From Nemertoderma westbladi (Eukaryota; Animalia; Xenacoelomorpha): 55,792 nt of DNA. The notes beneath the pieces are model-generated. The model had not been told where the DNA came from and searched no databases. It worked only from the letters and a program-made list of their open reading frames with translations. The stretch covers positions 1-55,792 of the forward strand of contig JAUCBJ010004827.1 in the NCBI GenBank assembly GCA_032718475.1. The letters run 5' to 3'. The position numbers and the translations under genes were made by a program. This document shows, piece by piece, positions 1-11,600 of this stretch; the stretch's first letter is position 1; every line of letters begins with the position of its first letter.

Positions 1-2
1 GG

Positions 3-128
3 TCGGGGGCCTTGTCGCAACTGCGCTCCGCTAGAGAGATGGAAACCCACGCGGAACAGACAGAGAATATTGAGAAACAAGATGATGAGAGCGTTAAGGA
101 ACCTGCTACTGATCCGAAAAACGAATAA
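3..128 (+). CDS. possible 3' end of an upstream gene (partial, unidentified)
   Basis: Open frame SGALSQLRSAREMETHAEQTENIEKQDDESVKEPATDPKNE* ends at TAA 126-128 and is followed by AT-rich UTR-like sequence. No family recognised. Confidence 0.35.
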   Translation, partial: SGALSQLRSAREMETHAEQTENIEKQDDESVKEPATDPKNE

Positions 129-903
129 ATATTTACGACATTGTTTGTAAGGTATCGCTTTCTATATTTGTACACGTGGGTTTACTAGCAGAATGAGGCG
201 AGGCAGTAAAGGAGACGAGTTCTGTAAATATTTCTACACATTATTCCTTACATCAATGGATTGTATGCACCAAATGGCTATAATTATTACGATCGAATTA
301 AATTATTGTGCCAATTTTGGAATGTGTGTGTATTGTAAACGAAACAGAATGTGATAAATCGCTGAAAGTAGAGTACAATAATATTAATTTTCATAATTTT
401 ATTAATATGTTAGATTAAATCTGAATTTTAGAAAATGTTATTAAATAAATAAATCTAATATTTAACATTATAGTAATTATTTAAGTAAGTAATAATTACA
501 GTTTTAAAGAAATCTAGGAACAGTAAGATTAAACGAATATCCGACACAGATAGACATGGGGTAAATGATAATCCGAAGTTCGAGAAAATGGGAATAAACG
601 TTTAACTTTTTTCACTATTCTCGAGGCTTTTTATTAAATTATGTATTAAATATTAAATATGTTAAAGGATCTAGGGAATATTGAAAATAAATGTTCTACA
701 TTTTTTTCTCATCCAAAGTTGTAATAATATGAAACCGGTACCGATACCGGTCGCATTTCTCTATGGGTGTAACTGTCCTACCTAAATTAGTAGCTAGAGT
801 GTATAATTAATCATTGTGGCCGTGATGGTTCATGGTTAATATTCACTACCCTTTCATTGTAGCGAGTGGTTAAAGACGGCCAAGTACGATAGGGTTGAGC
901 ACT

Positions 904-1710
904 GTACCGTCTGTATCTGTCAACAATCTCACGTGTAGGTTTGGTACCGTCTGTATCCGTCAACAATCTCACGTGTTGGTTTGGTACCGTCTGTATCCGT
1001 CAACAATCTCACGTGTTGGTTTGGTACCGTCTGTATCCGTCAACAATCTCACGTGTTGGTTTGGTACCGTCTGTATCCGTCAACAATCTCACGTGTTGGT
1101 TGGGTACCGTCTGTATCCGTCAACAATCTCACGTGTTGGTTGGGTACCGTCTGTATCCGTCAACAATCTCACGTGTTGGTTTGGTACCGTCTGCATCCGT
1201 CAACAATCTCACGTGTTGGTTTGGTGGTACCGTCTGTATCCGTCAACAATCTCACGTGTTGGTTTGGTACCGTCTGTATCTGTCAACAATCTCACGTGTT
1301 GGTTTGGTGGTACCGTCTGTATCTGTCAACAATCTCACGTGTTCGTTTGGTACCGTCTGTATCCGTCAACAATCTCACGTGTTCGTTTGGTATACCGTCT
1401 ATATCCGTCAACAATCTCACGTGTTGGTTTGGTACCGTCTGTATCCGTCAACAATCTCACGTGTTGGTTTGGTACCGTCTGTATCTGTCAACAATCTCAC
1501 GTGTTGGTTTGGTACCGTCTGTATCCGTCAACAATCTCACGTGTTGGTTTGGTACCGTCTGTATCTGTCAACAATCTCACGTGTTGGTTTGGTACCGTCT
1601 GTATCCGTCAACAATCTCACGTGTTGGTTTGGTACCGTCTGTATCTGTCAACAATCTCACGTGTTGGTTTGGTACCGTCTGTATCCGTCAACAATCTCGC
1701 GTGTTGGTTG
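904..1710. repeat. 40-bp minisatellite, ~20 copies
   Basis: Unit GGTACCGTCTGTATCCGTCAACAATCTCACGTGTTGGTTT, with palindromes GGTACC and CACGTG in each unit. It accounts for the three overlapping ORFs at 895-1780. Confidence 0.97.
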
Positions 1711-2886
1711 TTGGTTGAGTTGGCTAACCGTTTGGGTTAGGGTGCTGATTGAAAGGTTGATTTTTTGCTTGATTGGATAAATACGAAATAAATTTTTATT
1801 TCGTATTTATTTATTTAATTTATGATGGACAGCAACATGTCGCTTTGTTTCAAGATTTGATTGATTGGTGGTTTTGTTCAATTTTTAAATACAGTTTTAG
1901 TTGCAGAATCTCTCAATTTTAATTTGTCTCAAAACTGAACCTCGTGCTCCGCGAAAGCTTGTACTAAAATCAAGGATGCAGTTGGTTTGAGAAATATTAA
2001 TAACAGGTTAGAGCAATCAAATAAGTAATAAGAACATGTGTTTGAGGGATAGTTTACATTACAGGCAGACTAGTCAGCCACAGTAACACTACTATGATCA
2101 CTGCATAGACAATAGTCGCTTGACAACGGGTTTATACTGTAGTTGCCAATTCAACGAAGGGCGAGGGGTTGGGTTAAACTAAGCCTACTCCACTACTGTC
2201 ACTCCAGTAGAAATAGAGACCTACTGTAGATAGATCTGTAGGTAGATAGTCAAAGTCAATTATGGAAAAAAGCTGAGCCCCGGAGCTCAGTGCAGCAGTG
2301 AGGGCAGAGGGTGGCCTGGCCTATAAAATAAACGATACCAGTACTTTATAAGAATAAGAACACAGGTTTAATTAAAACAGGGGTAAACTTACTTATACGG
2401 TTACGGATACGGTAATCAGGTAATGCTATAATGCTGTACTGTTAGTTGTTACGTGACATTGGCAAGCGTGATTGTGCATTTTCTTGTATCTTTTACTGTT
2501 TTATACAGTAGGTAGACAGACAGATTACCGGCCCGGCATTGACATTGTTGATTGTAAAGGATTTACCGGTACGTAGGCGGTAGGCCTAGAATATAGAAGG
2601 CCTATCTGCCTATGTTAATAAACTTCCGGTACGCTAGACGGCTAGACTGTAGACAGCCAGTGGAACCAGCAACCAGGTGGCAGCTAGCTTGTTAGACCTA
2701 ATAGAAGCGTGGCGTGATGCAGTGATGGATATTTTCTAGCATTTTATTTATACAGTTATAATTATAACATGATACAGTAGGTCTGGAACCGGTACGTTAT
2801 ACTGCAGTACTACTTGTAGCTTGTAGGCCTATCGCAGTATTATGGTATAGCCTACCTCAGTTCCTGGGGCTGACCTGTACTTCTGC

Positions 2887-3069
2887 ATGATGATTGGGTC
2901 TACGAATTCCTCCACTACGGACTACCGCTTTGTCAACCGAGGAATTAACCACGAGTTTGGAATAGGCTCACAGTTTCGAGCATCCACTTCGGTGACCTCC
3001 GCTCATCATCAACTTTCTAGCGACGATATCAGGAGGCTTGCCGATGCCAAAGGCCGTCAAATTAAATTG
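2887..3069 (+). CDS. STARD3: STARD3/MLN64-like, probable coding exon 1
   Basis: ATG at 2887, 61 codons, then donor GTGAGT at 3070. Phase 0 fits exon 2. The peptide itself is not recognisably conserved. Confidence 0.6.
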
Positions 3070-3220
3070 GTGAGTTTTTGTACGACGACTTACTGACTGA
3101 CTTCACTTGTAACGATTTACTGATTTAACGTGGCGGAAGAGCGGTTTCTGGTCGGGACTACCGTGACCGTGCCAAATGCCACCGCCGCGCCGCTAACCGG
3201 AACCTGATCCTGTTATTACT

Positions 3221-3824
3221 GGATACATGACCGAACGTAATCAGGATCGAATGTAACATAGTTATTTCGTATCGAACGTAACTGCAATTATGTTACATTG
3301 GATCCTATAACTATGTTACATTCGATCTACAAATTACTAAGCTCGAATGTAACATTGCCATTTATAGATTTAAAGGAGCAGGTTGCAGACTCTGCAACTG
3401 CAAATGCAGAGGCGTGTTGGGGGAACCAAAACAATAAACGAAAGTTAACAGATGTTACAAGATTATGCAGCAGGTTACTTTTATTTAAATGCTGAAAGGA
3501 GCAGGTTACAGAGGCGTGTTGGGGGAACCAAAACAATAAACGAAAGTTAACACATGTTACAAGATTAGGGAGGTTACTTAATTGGGTCTTGGGTCTTTGT
3601 TTTATACTCACCAAACTGTTTCTTCCTGTAAATAAACGAAGCATTTCATCGGTTAACTCCTGAAATCAAAACACAACTGAAATAAATGTATGTTACATTC
3701 GAGCTTAGTAATTTGTAGATCGAATGTAACATAGTTATAGGATCCAATGTAACATAATTGAGGTTACGTTCGATTCGTAAAAACTATGTTACATTCGATC
3801 CTGATTACGTTCGGTCTGTCACCC
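3221..3824. mobile_element. non-autonomous Mutator (MULE)-like element / MITE
   Basis: Terminal inverted repeats of ~130 bp (3229-3356 vs 3690-3816), GG..CC termini, and an exact 9-bp target duplication GTTATTACT at 3212-3220 and 3825-3833. Confidence 0.85.
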
Positions 3825-3928
3825 GTTATTACTTATCAGTAGCGGACCGTTATTTGTGGTGTCGTGTGGTGAGGGTGACTGAGACTGGGTGAGCAAGGGA
3901 TATCGCTGTCGCATTTACCATTCACCAG

Positions 3929-5077
3929 GGGCCGTATGCAGGTATGCTTAGTTCGTACTAAGGCATAAGGGGTAGTTACTATGCTGCTATGGTAGTTAAT
4001 TCTTCATACTATGGTAGTTTGAACTAATTCTTCGTATGCTCAGTCACTGACAGTATAGTTTGAACTATATTTTGAACTATAGTTGGTGCTTATTTTGCTT
4101 TTCTGGAAATAAATAAGACAAATAACAATCTACAAACCTAATGATACTCTAATGTTGTTGAGCACCCCTATGAAATATTTCCTTGTGATAGATTGGACAG
4201 CAAACTAAAGGAGCTATTCTAGTGAATTCGTCACAGACTTAATTCGATACAACATCACCATTACCACGGACAGCTGAACAGGACTTCCGATTGCTCCTGA
4301 ATTGCTATACAATCATTGTCAGTCACTTAAATTATAGGTAGGCCTGAATCGGTATATGCCAGTGATGACTGCAATTGTGAGAAAGTGAAAGTAAACAGGG
4401 TGTAACCTATCTGACAGTGTCTGTAAGTTTCCAAGTATGTACCAAAATACCATCCGTATAAATGCGCCCATTCCTTCTGACCGAGCCTATTTATTTACAA
4501 ACATTTTAGAATACTGTAAATATAAATATGTTCTAGAATGTTTGATAATTTAAATCGATGCAAAATATCTTGTGCACATCCATGCCAAACAGGCAACATT
4601 CGAACGCCGTTATTTCGACGATTTTTCTACCAAATTCATATTTATTTAGGCATTTGGAATCCTTATTGTTAGTTCACCTTTCCATCAGAAACAACAATAT
4701 GGACGAGGAATAACTGCGGTGTGACTGGTATAATAATAATATCAACGGACTGACCGGCACTTTCTCTATCAAACACCTTTTAGCAGCATGGAAGGGGAAG
4801 CGGAAATCAAGATTCAATGACCCATTAGCTAGCTGGTCGGGGAGTCTTTCTTTCAAATTTTGTGCGATCCCATTATGTTTTGTAGGCAACTTAATGGGAA
4901 GGCGTGGGGGTGGAGATACCTCAACTATTCCACAAAAGTTCATTTTACCGGGGTAGTTCGTACTTAGATAGTACTATGTTGTAATTGACTGAGCATATCA
5001 TTAATTCTTACTAGCGAAGTTAGTACTATGTCTAGATAGAACTACCCTAGTACATACTACATCTAAGCATACGGCCC
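3929..5077. mobile_element. non-autonomous PIF/Harbinger-like element
   Basis: Termini GGGCCGTATGC...GCATACGGCCC with further degenerate inverted similarity inside. 3-bp duplication CAG at 3926-3928 and 5078-5080. Confidence 0.7.
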
Positions 5078-5744
5078 CAGAGACCAGACAGCCAGAGACG
5101 CGTAGACGTCCAGTATCCTCTATCATGTGATCTGATGGATTCTGCGCCTGTAGGTCTGGGGTTACTCGTGCAGTCGAGGGCCTTGCAAGTTACATTGGTT
5201 GCTACAATGGTGTTACTGAGTTAAGGTTAAATCAATTATTTAACATTAGTCATGAGGTTCTAATCTACTAATATGTTTTGTGGAATTTCGGACTTATTAG
5301 TTATTACCAATGGGCGGCAATCAATGGGAAGGGTTAGATTATGCAGTTATGGTTGTTTTATTGACTTCGTTTAGACTTCGTTAAGGTAGGGTTCAATAAC
5401 TGCTTTACCTACCGCCTGCCTTTGAAAGGAAAAACAAACCATTATTCAATCAAGGGGCGCAGGGAGTACGTCTACAGAACACCCCAGTAATATATCGCTG
5501 CAGAAAACCCTTTGCTGTGAAACGGTGACGTATCCTACATTTTTTAAATTTAACATCACACGTATTGAATAAGTAAATACCAGCACCGCTACTACTTATA
5601 ATTACTTATCATTTTAACATATACTGTGATTTAAGGGTTTTATCTATGAGAGTGGTGGATTTTTCTGCTCTGATTTGTTTAACTTCTGTACAACATGCAT
5701 TAGTTGTGGTATAATGTTATCGCTTTTGTTTTTAGCGTCAAAAA

Positions 5745-6365
5745 TTTGAAACGGAGATAGTTTCACTTCCCGTCCACTTGCTGGGTGAGCCAGAATGTTT
5801 ATTTTCGCTTTCAATCTTTAGCTACACGTGTTTAAAAAAGGTGTCTGCCCCGATATCGCTCCAGTCACATCGTGGTTATTCTTCAACCTTATTTGTTGTT
5901 ACAGATGGAAAGCTGGCTATCTAAGGATTCCAAATATGTAACATAATCTGAATTTCTCGTAAAATAACTGAGATCTGAGCGTCAAAAGTTGCATAGTTTT
6001 GCACCTATGCGAGGCTATTTCTTCTATTTTACAAATAAACTATATTCTGGAACATATTTTACGTAAGAATATCTACTTGATAGTATAAAGGATATTGCAT
6101 TGTTGCCCAGCGACGTATTGGACGTACAAGATGTTCCAGAATATATTGTATTATTAAATAGCCTCGCGCAAATGCAAAACCTTGCAAATGCAAATGCAAA
6201 TTTCTTCTGGAACAGTACAGACCAACCACTATAAGGTTGAAGAATAACTGCAGTGTAACTGGTGCACTATCGTCGGAGACACTTTTTTCCAAACGCTTGT
6301 AGCTAAAGATGGAAAGCGAAAATAAAAATTCTGACTCACCCAGTAAGGAGGAGGAGGGAGGTGCG
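5745..6365. mobile_element. truncated palindromic MITE, same family as 32544..33452
   Basis: Arms at ~5765-5890 and ~6230-6365 are inverted copies (ctgggtgagccagaat / attctgactcacccag; ttattcttcaacctta / taaggttgaagaataa). They align by eye with the copy at 32.5 kb. Confidence 0.75.
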
Positions 6366-6566
6366 ATAAGAGCCTTCAGATATCAACTATTCCTATTTAC
6401 TGTATTTTTGTATTTAAACTAGGTTATCTATTAGTCGTTGTGGGTTGCAGGAATGGCGTTCCATGTAACCAAACTTTAATAAACATAACTTTCCTATAAT
6501 ATAAGCCCAATTGGTGCTCTGCTCGTGTAATTAGTAACTTAATTATTATTCCTGGGTTTATTTCAG

Positions 6567-6770
6567 CCCTGTTGCGAACTAAATTGGTGGAGATCTCGGG
6601 AAGTCTCTCCAGTAAGACGGACCTTCTGTCTGCTAACTTCCTTCGATTTGCTGATTATTTCTCTCATGTGGTTCATTTACCTCAACCTGATTCCCCACGA
6701 TTCTTTTCTCGATGAGTTTTATTCGCAGGTCGTTAATTACTCCATCAATACCTCGATGTTCGATATCGTG
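6567..6770 (+). CDS. STARD3: STARD3/MLN64-like exon 2 (start of MENTAL domain)
   Basis: tttcag| PCCELNWWRSREVSPVRRTFCLLTSFDLLIISLMWFIYLN...NYSINTSMFDIV |gtaagt. Matches the VRRTFCLFVTFDLLFISLLW...TSFFDI signature of STARD3/STARD3NL. Phase 0/0. Confidence 0.93.
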
Positions 6771-7199
6771 GTAAGTTATTAACATGTTTTAATTACACCA
6801 TCTCCCTTAATACAATAGCCATTTTTAAGGGGACAACAAAGCCGTTAAAAAAACTCGTTTTTTGCATTATTTAGCCACATCAGTCGGCTTTATTTTTCGT
6901 CTTTGGAATGTAATCTAGATATCATTAGAACCGCTTTCATCTGCAGATTCCGAATCTAAAAACCATTTTACATTTCATCAAAAAATGCCAAATTATCAAA
7001 ATACTAGGGTGTAAATTTTGAGTCGTAAATCGCTATAAATCTAATATTATTTTTACTAAATTCTATAATACCGGTAATAATTTCGTGTAATGAAGAAACA
7101 AGATGGAGAGTTTTAAAAAAATACTTTTTTTACCAAAAAATATAGACAGACACTATATGTAACTATTATAATAAGCGCGAAATCGTTCAAATATCCGCG

Positions 7200-7320
7200 T
7201 CTACTAACGAATGAATTGTCTCCTTGAATGTCTTACTAACAAACAATTCACCGGAAAGTGGGATTGAACTCGGTACCTGAGATTCCAGGTCCAACGCTCT
7301 ACCGACTTCGCCACTGCGCC
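7200..7320 (-). mobile_element. tRNA-derived SINE head (degenerate)
   Basis: Minus strand reads GGCGCAGTGGCGAAGTCGGTAGAGCGTTGGACCTGGAATCTCAGGTACCGAGTTCAATCCC, with Pol III A-box-like and B-box-like motifs but no intact cloverleaf. Confidence 0.6.
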
Positions 7321-7632
7321 TTAATGAAGCCTTATAAACCTAAAAGCTAAGTGGATATTAACAACAACAACAACGAAGTGAATACTAGAAGTGTCGCTAA
7401 GCGGATCTAAAAACTATCTTTTAGAATGTTTGGCAATTAAACATCCCAGCTCAATGATATTTTGTTAATATTAAGTTAAGAGCCCGGCGCCAATAGACTA
7501 ATTTATATTGTACTGGAGTCTCCGTCAGTAATTTTAATCGGGATTATTGGCCCTCGACACGTCAATAATAATTAATGGACATAACAAAACAATTGATTGA
7601 AACGATTGAAAAAAACAATTTTATTTTTTTAG

Positions 7633-7764
7633 GTTCTTTCCTTTGTTAGAATGTGTATGCTATTGGTCGCCTATTTATTACTCCACAGCAACCATTGGTG
7701 GATGGTTGCCATAACAACTACTCTTAGTGGATCTTTCCTTATTTGTAAAGTATTTTTAGTTCAG
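7633..7764 (+). CDS. STARD3: STARD3/MLN64-like exon 3 (MENTAL transmembrane helices)
   Basis: ttttag| VLSFVRMCMLLVAYLLLHSNHWWMVAITTTLSGSFLICKVFLVQ |gtgagt. Matches the HWWVIAVTTLVSSAFLIVKV motif. Phase 0/0. Confidence 0.93.
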
Positions 7765-7970
7765 GTGAGTCTAAGAGAATGTTCGGGGGTGAATCAATCA
7801 ACAATGTTAATATTTAAAAAAAATGTAAAAATGTTAAAATTCTAAAATTCATATTAATTAACGACTAATACCATTGGATGTTTTTTGTTCTAGAACATAT
7901 ATTTGACTTTCTATGAGGCGTTTAATGATACAAAAAACATTATGCGTACAGATAAATTATGTATATCATC

Positions 7971-8011
7971 CAAGGCCATCGTAATACAATCATTTTATTA
8001 TGATGGCCTTG
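7971..8011. mobile_element. 41-bp hairpin, possible DNA-transposon excision footprint
   Basis: CAAGGCCATCGTAATA-9nt-TATTATGATGGCCTTG, with GTATATC on both sides (7961-7967 and 8012-8018). Confidence 0.4.
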
Positions 8012-8444
8012 GTATATCCACAATTTTCATTGTATTATTTTATTTTTGTACGACACACTAGCTACCATTTCCAAAAGACGATCTACCACATAAACAAGGG
8101 TCATACTACCATACTCAATCAAAATGATACATAGAACGTTACATAAATTGCCTTGAAAAATCATACAAACAATGGTGACGCAAGGCCTAGTGGAACAATA
8201 TTTTATGTTCTGGAACATTTTAGAAAAAGTCTGGATTTTATTTAAACGCCACAAATCTCCTAGAGTGTTAAAAAACAAACACAAAAAATTTGAGTAACAC
8301 TTAAGTCAAAACATCAAATTGTTATCATTATCGAAATAAAATAAGAAGATTCTAAAACAAAACCAATAAAAAAATAAAAAAAAGTGAGAGAAAACTCCCC
8401 AAAAAAATCCGTCAAATCGACCAATTGTACGTTTTTTGTTACAG

Positions 8445-8622
8445 AAGTTTGTTAACGCCTTGGCGTACGTGATCCTGCTTGCGTCATTCACAATGAGTTG
8501 GATCGAAGTTTGGATTCTAGACTTTCGAGTTCTTCCTCGGGAACGGAAGGACTTTATCCAATCGCTACATACGTGGCCAGGAGCGGCAGAAAATCAGCCA
8601 TTACTGTCCAATCAGTACGGAG
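8445..8622 (+). CDS. STARD3: STARD3/MLN64-like exon 4 (end of MENTAL domain)
   Basis: ttacag| KFVNALAYVILLASFTMSWIEVWILDFRVLPRE...QPLLSNQYG g|gtgagt. Matches SFVLAWLETWFLDFKVLPQE. Phase 0/1. Confidence 0.93.
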
Positions 8623-11600
8623 GTGAGTTGTTCTGTCCAATTAGTGCGGAGGTGAGTTGTTCTGTCCAATCAGCACGGAGGTGAGTTGTTCTGTCCAATC
8701 AGTACGGAGGTGAGTTGTTCTGTCCAATTAGTGCGGAGGTGAGTTGTTCTGTCCAATCAGCACGGAGGTGAGTTGTTCTGTCCAATCAGTACGGAGGTGA
8801 GTTGTTCTGTCCAATCAGTACGGAGGTGAGTTGTTCTGTCCAATCAGTACGGAGGTGAGTTGTTCTGTTCAATTAGTGCGGAGGTGAGTTGTTCTGTCCA
8901 ATTAGTGCGGAGGTGAGTTGTTCTGTCCAATTACTGCGGAGGTGAGTTGTTCTGTTCAATTACTGCGGAGGTGAGTTGTTCTGTCCAATTACTGCGGAGG
9001 TGAGTTGTTCTGTTCAATCAGTACGGAGGTGAGTTGTTCTGTTCAATCAGTACGGAGGTGAGTTGTTCTGTCCAATCAGTACGGAGGTGAGTTGTTCTGT
9101 CCAATCAGTACGGAGGTGAGTTGTTCTGTTCAATTAGTGCGGAGGTGAGTTGTTCTGTTCAATTAGTGCGGAGGTGAGTTGTTCTGTTCAATTAGTGCGG
9201 AGTTGAGTTGTTCTGTTCAATCAGTACGGAGGTGAGTTGTTCTGTTCAATTAGTGCGGAGGTGAGTTGTTCTGTCCAATTACTGCGGAGGTGAGTTGTTC
9301 TGTTCAATTAGTACGGAGGTGAGTTGTTCTGTCCAATCAGTACGGAGGTGAGTTGTTCTGTTCAATCAGTACGGAGGTGAGTTGTTCTGTCCAATCAGTA
9401 CGGAGGTGAGTTGTTCTGTTCAATTAGTGCGGAGGTGAGTTGTTCTGTTCAATTAGTGCGGAGGTGAGTTGTTCTGTCCAATTAGTGCGGAGGTGAGATG
9501 TTCTGTCCAATTACTGCGGAGGTGAGTTGTTCTGTCCAATCAGTACGGAGGTGAGTTGTTCTGTCCTCAATCAGTACGGAGGTGAGTTGTTCTGTCCAAT
9601 CAGTACGGAGGTGAGTTGTTCTGTCCTCAATCAGTACGGAGGTGAGTTGTTCTGTCCAATCAGTACGGAGGTGAGTTGTTCTGTCCTCAATCAGTACGGA
9701 GGTGAGTTGTTCTGTCCAATTACTGCGGAGGTGAGTTGTTCTGTTCAATTAGTGCGGAGGTGAGTTGTTCTGTTCAATCAGTACGGAGGTGAGTTGTTCT
9801 GTTCAATCAGTACGGATGTGAGTTGTTCTGTCCAATCAGTACGGAGGTGAGTTGTTCTGTCCAATCAGTACGGAGGTGAGTTGTTCTGTCCAATCAGTAC
9901 GGAGGTGAGTTGTTCTGTTCAATTAGTGCGGAGGTGAGTTGTTATGTCCAATCAGTACGGAGGTGAGTTGTTCTGTTCAATCAGTACGGAGGTGAGTTGT
10001 TCTGTTCAATTAGTGCGGAGGTGAGTTGTTATGTCCAATCAGTACGGAGGTGAGTTGTTCTGTCCAATCAGTACGGAGGTGAGTTGTTCTGTTCAATTAG
10101 TGCGGAGGTGAGTTGTTCTATCCAATCAGTACGGAGGTGAGTTGTTCTGTCCAATCAGTACGGAGGTGAGTTGTTCTGTCCTCAATCAGTACGGAGGTGA
10201 GTTGTTCTGTCCAATCAGTACGGAGGTGAGTTGTTATGTCCAATCAGTACGGAGGTGAGTTGTTCTGTCCAATCAGTACGGAGGTGAGTTGTTCTGTTCA
10301 ATTAGTGCGGAGGTGAGTTGTTATGTCCAATCAGTACGGAGGTGAGTTGTTCTGTTCAATTAGTGCGGAGGTGAGTTGTTCTATCCAATCAGTACGGAGG
10401 TGAGTTGTTCTGTCCAATCAGTACGGAGGTGAGTTGTTCTGTCCTCAATCAGTACGGAGGTGAGTTGTTCTGTCCAATCAGTACGGAGGTGAGTTGTTCT
10501 GTTCAATTAGTGCGGAGGTGAGTTGTTCTGTCCAATCAGTACGGATGTGAGTTGTTCTGTCCAATCAGTACGGAGGTGAGTTGTTCTGTCCAATCAGTAC
10601 GGAGGTGAGTTGTTCTGTCCAATCAGTACGGAGGTGAGTTGTTCTGTTCAATCAGTACGGAGGTGAGTTGTTCTGTTCAATCAGTACGGATGTGAGTTGT
10701 TCTGTCCAATCAGTACGGAGGTGAGTTGTTCTGTCCAATCAGTACGGAGGTGAGTTGTTCTGTTCAATTAGTGCGGAGGTGAGTTGTTCTGTCCAATCAG
10801 TACGGAGGTGAGTTGTTCTGTTCAATTAGTGCGGAGGTGAGTTGTTCTGTCCAATCAGTACGGAGGTGAGTTGTTCTGTCCAATCAGTACGGAGGTGAGT
10901 TGTTCTGTCCTCAATCAGTACGGAGGTGAGTTGTTCTGTCCAATCAGTACGGAGGTGAGTTGTTCTGTTCAATTAGTGCGGAGGTGAGTTGTTCTGTCCA
11001 ATCAGTACGGATGTGAGTTGTTCTGTCCAATCAGTACGGAGGTGAGTTGTTCTGTCCAATCAGTACGGAGGTGAGTTGTTCTGTCCAATCAGTACGGAGG
11101 TGAGTTGTTCTGTCCAATCAGTACGGAGGTGAGTTGTTCTGTTCAATCAGTACGGAGGTGAGTTGTTCTGTTCAATCAGTACGGAGGTGAGTTGTTCTGT
11201 CCAATCAGTACGGAGGTGAGTTGTTCTGTCCAATCAGTACGGAGGTGAGTTGTTCTGTTCAATTAGTGCGGAGGTGAGTTGTTCTGTCCAATCAGTACGG
11301 AGGTGAGTTGTTCTGTTCAATTAGTGCGGAGGTGAGTTGTTCTGTCCAATCAGTACGGAGGTGAGTTGTTCTGTCCAATCAGTACGGAGGTGAGTTGTTC
11401 TGTTCAATCAGTACGGAGGTGAGTTGTTCTGTCCAATCAGTACGGAGGTGAGTTGTTCTGTTCAATCAGTACGGAGGTGAGTTGTTCTGTTCAATCAGTA
11501 CGGAGGTGAGTTGTTCTGTCCAATCAGTACGGAGGTGAGTTGTTCTGTCCAATCAGTACGGAGGTGAGTTGTTCTGTTCAATTAGTGCGGAGGTGAGTTG

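Noticed and set aside
895-1780. Three overlapping 245-281 aa ORFs
   Set aside because: Translations of a stop-free 40-bp repeat; the same peptide cycles through all frames.
2318-2332. TATA-like CTATAAAA upstream of STARD3 exon 1
   Set aside because: The motif is common in AT-rich DNA and there is no transcript start information to support it.
7255-7320. tRNA gene
   Set aside because: A and B boxes are present but the acceptor and anticodon stems do not pair properly. Better explained as a SINE head.
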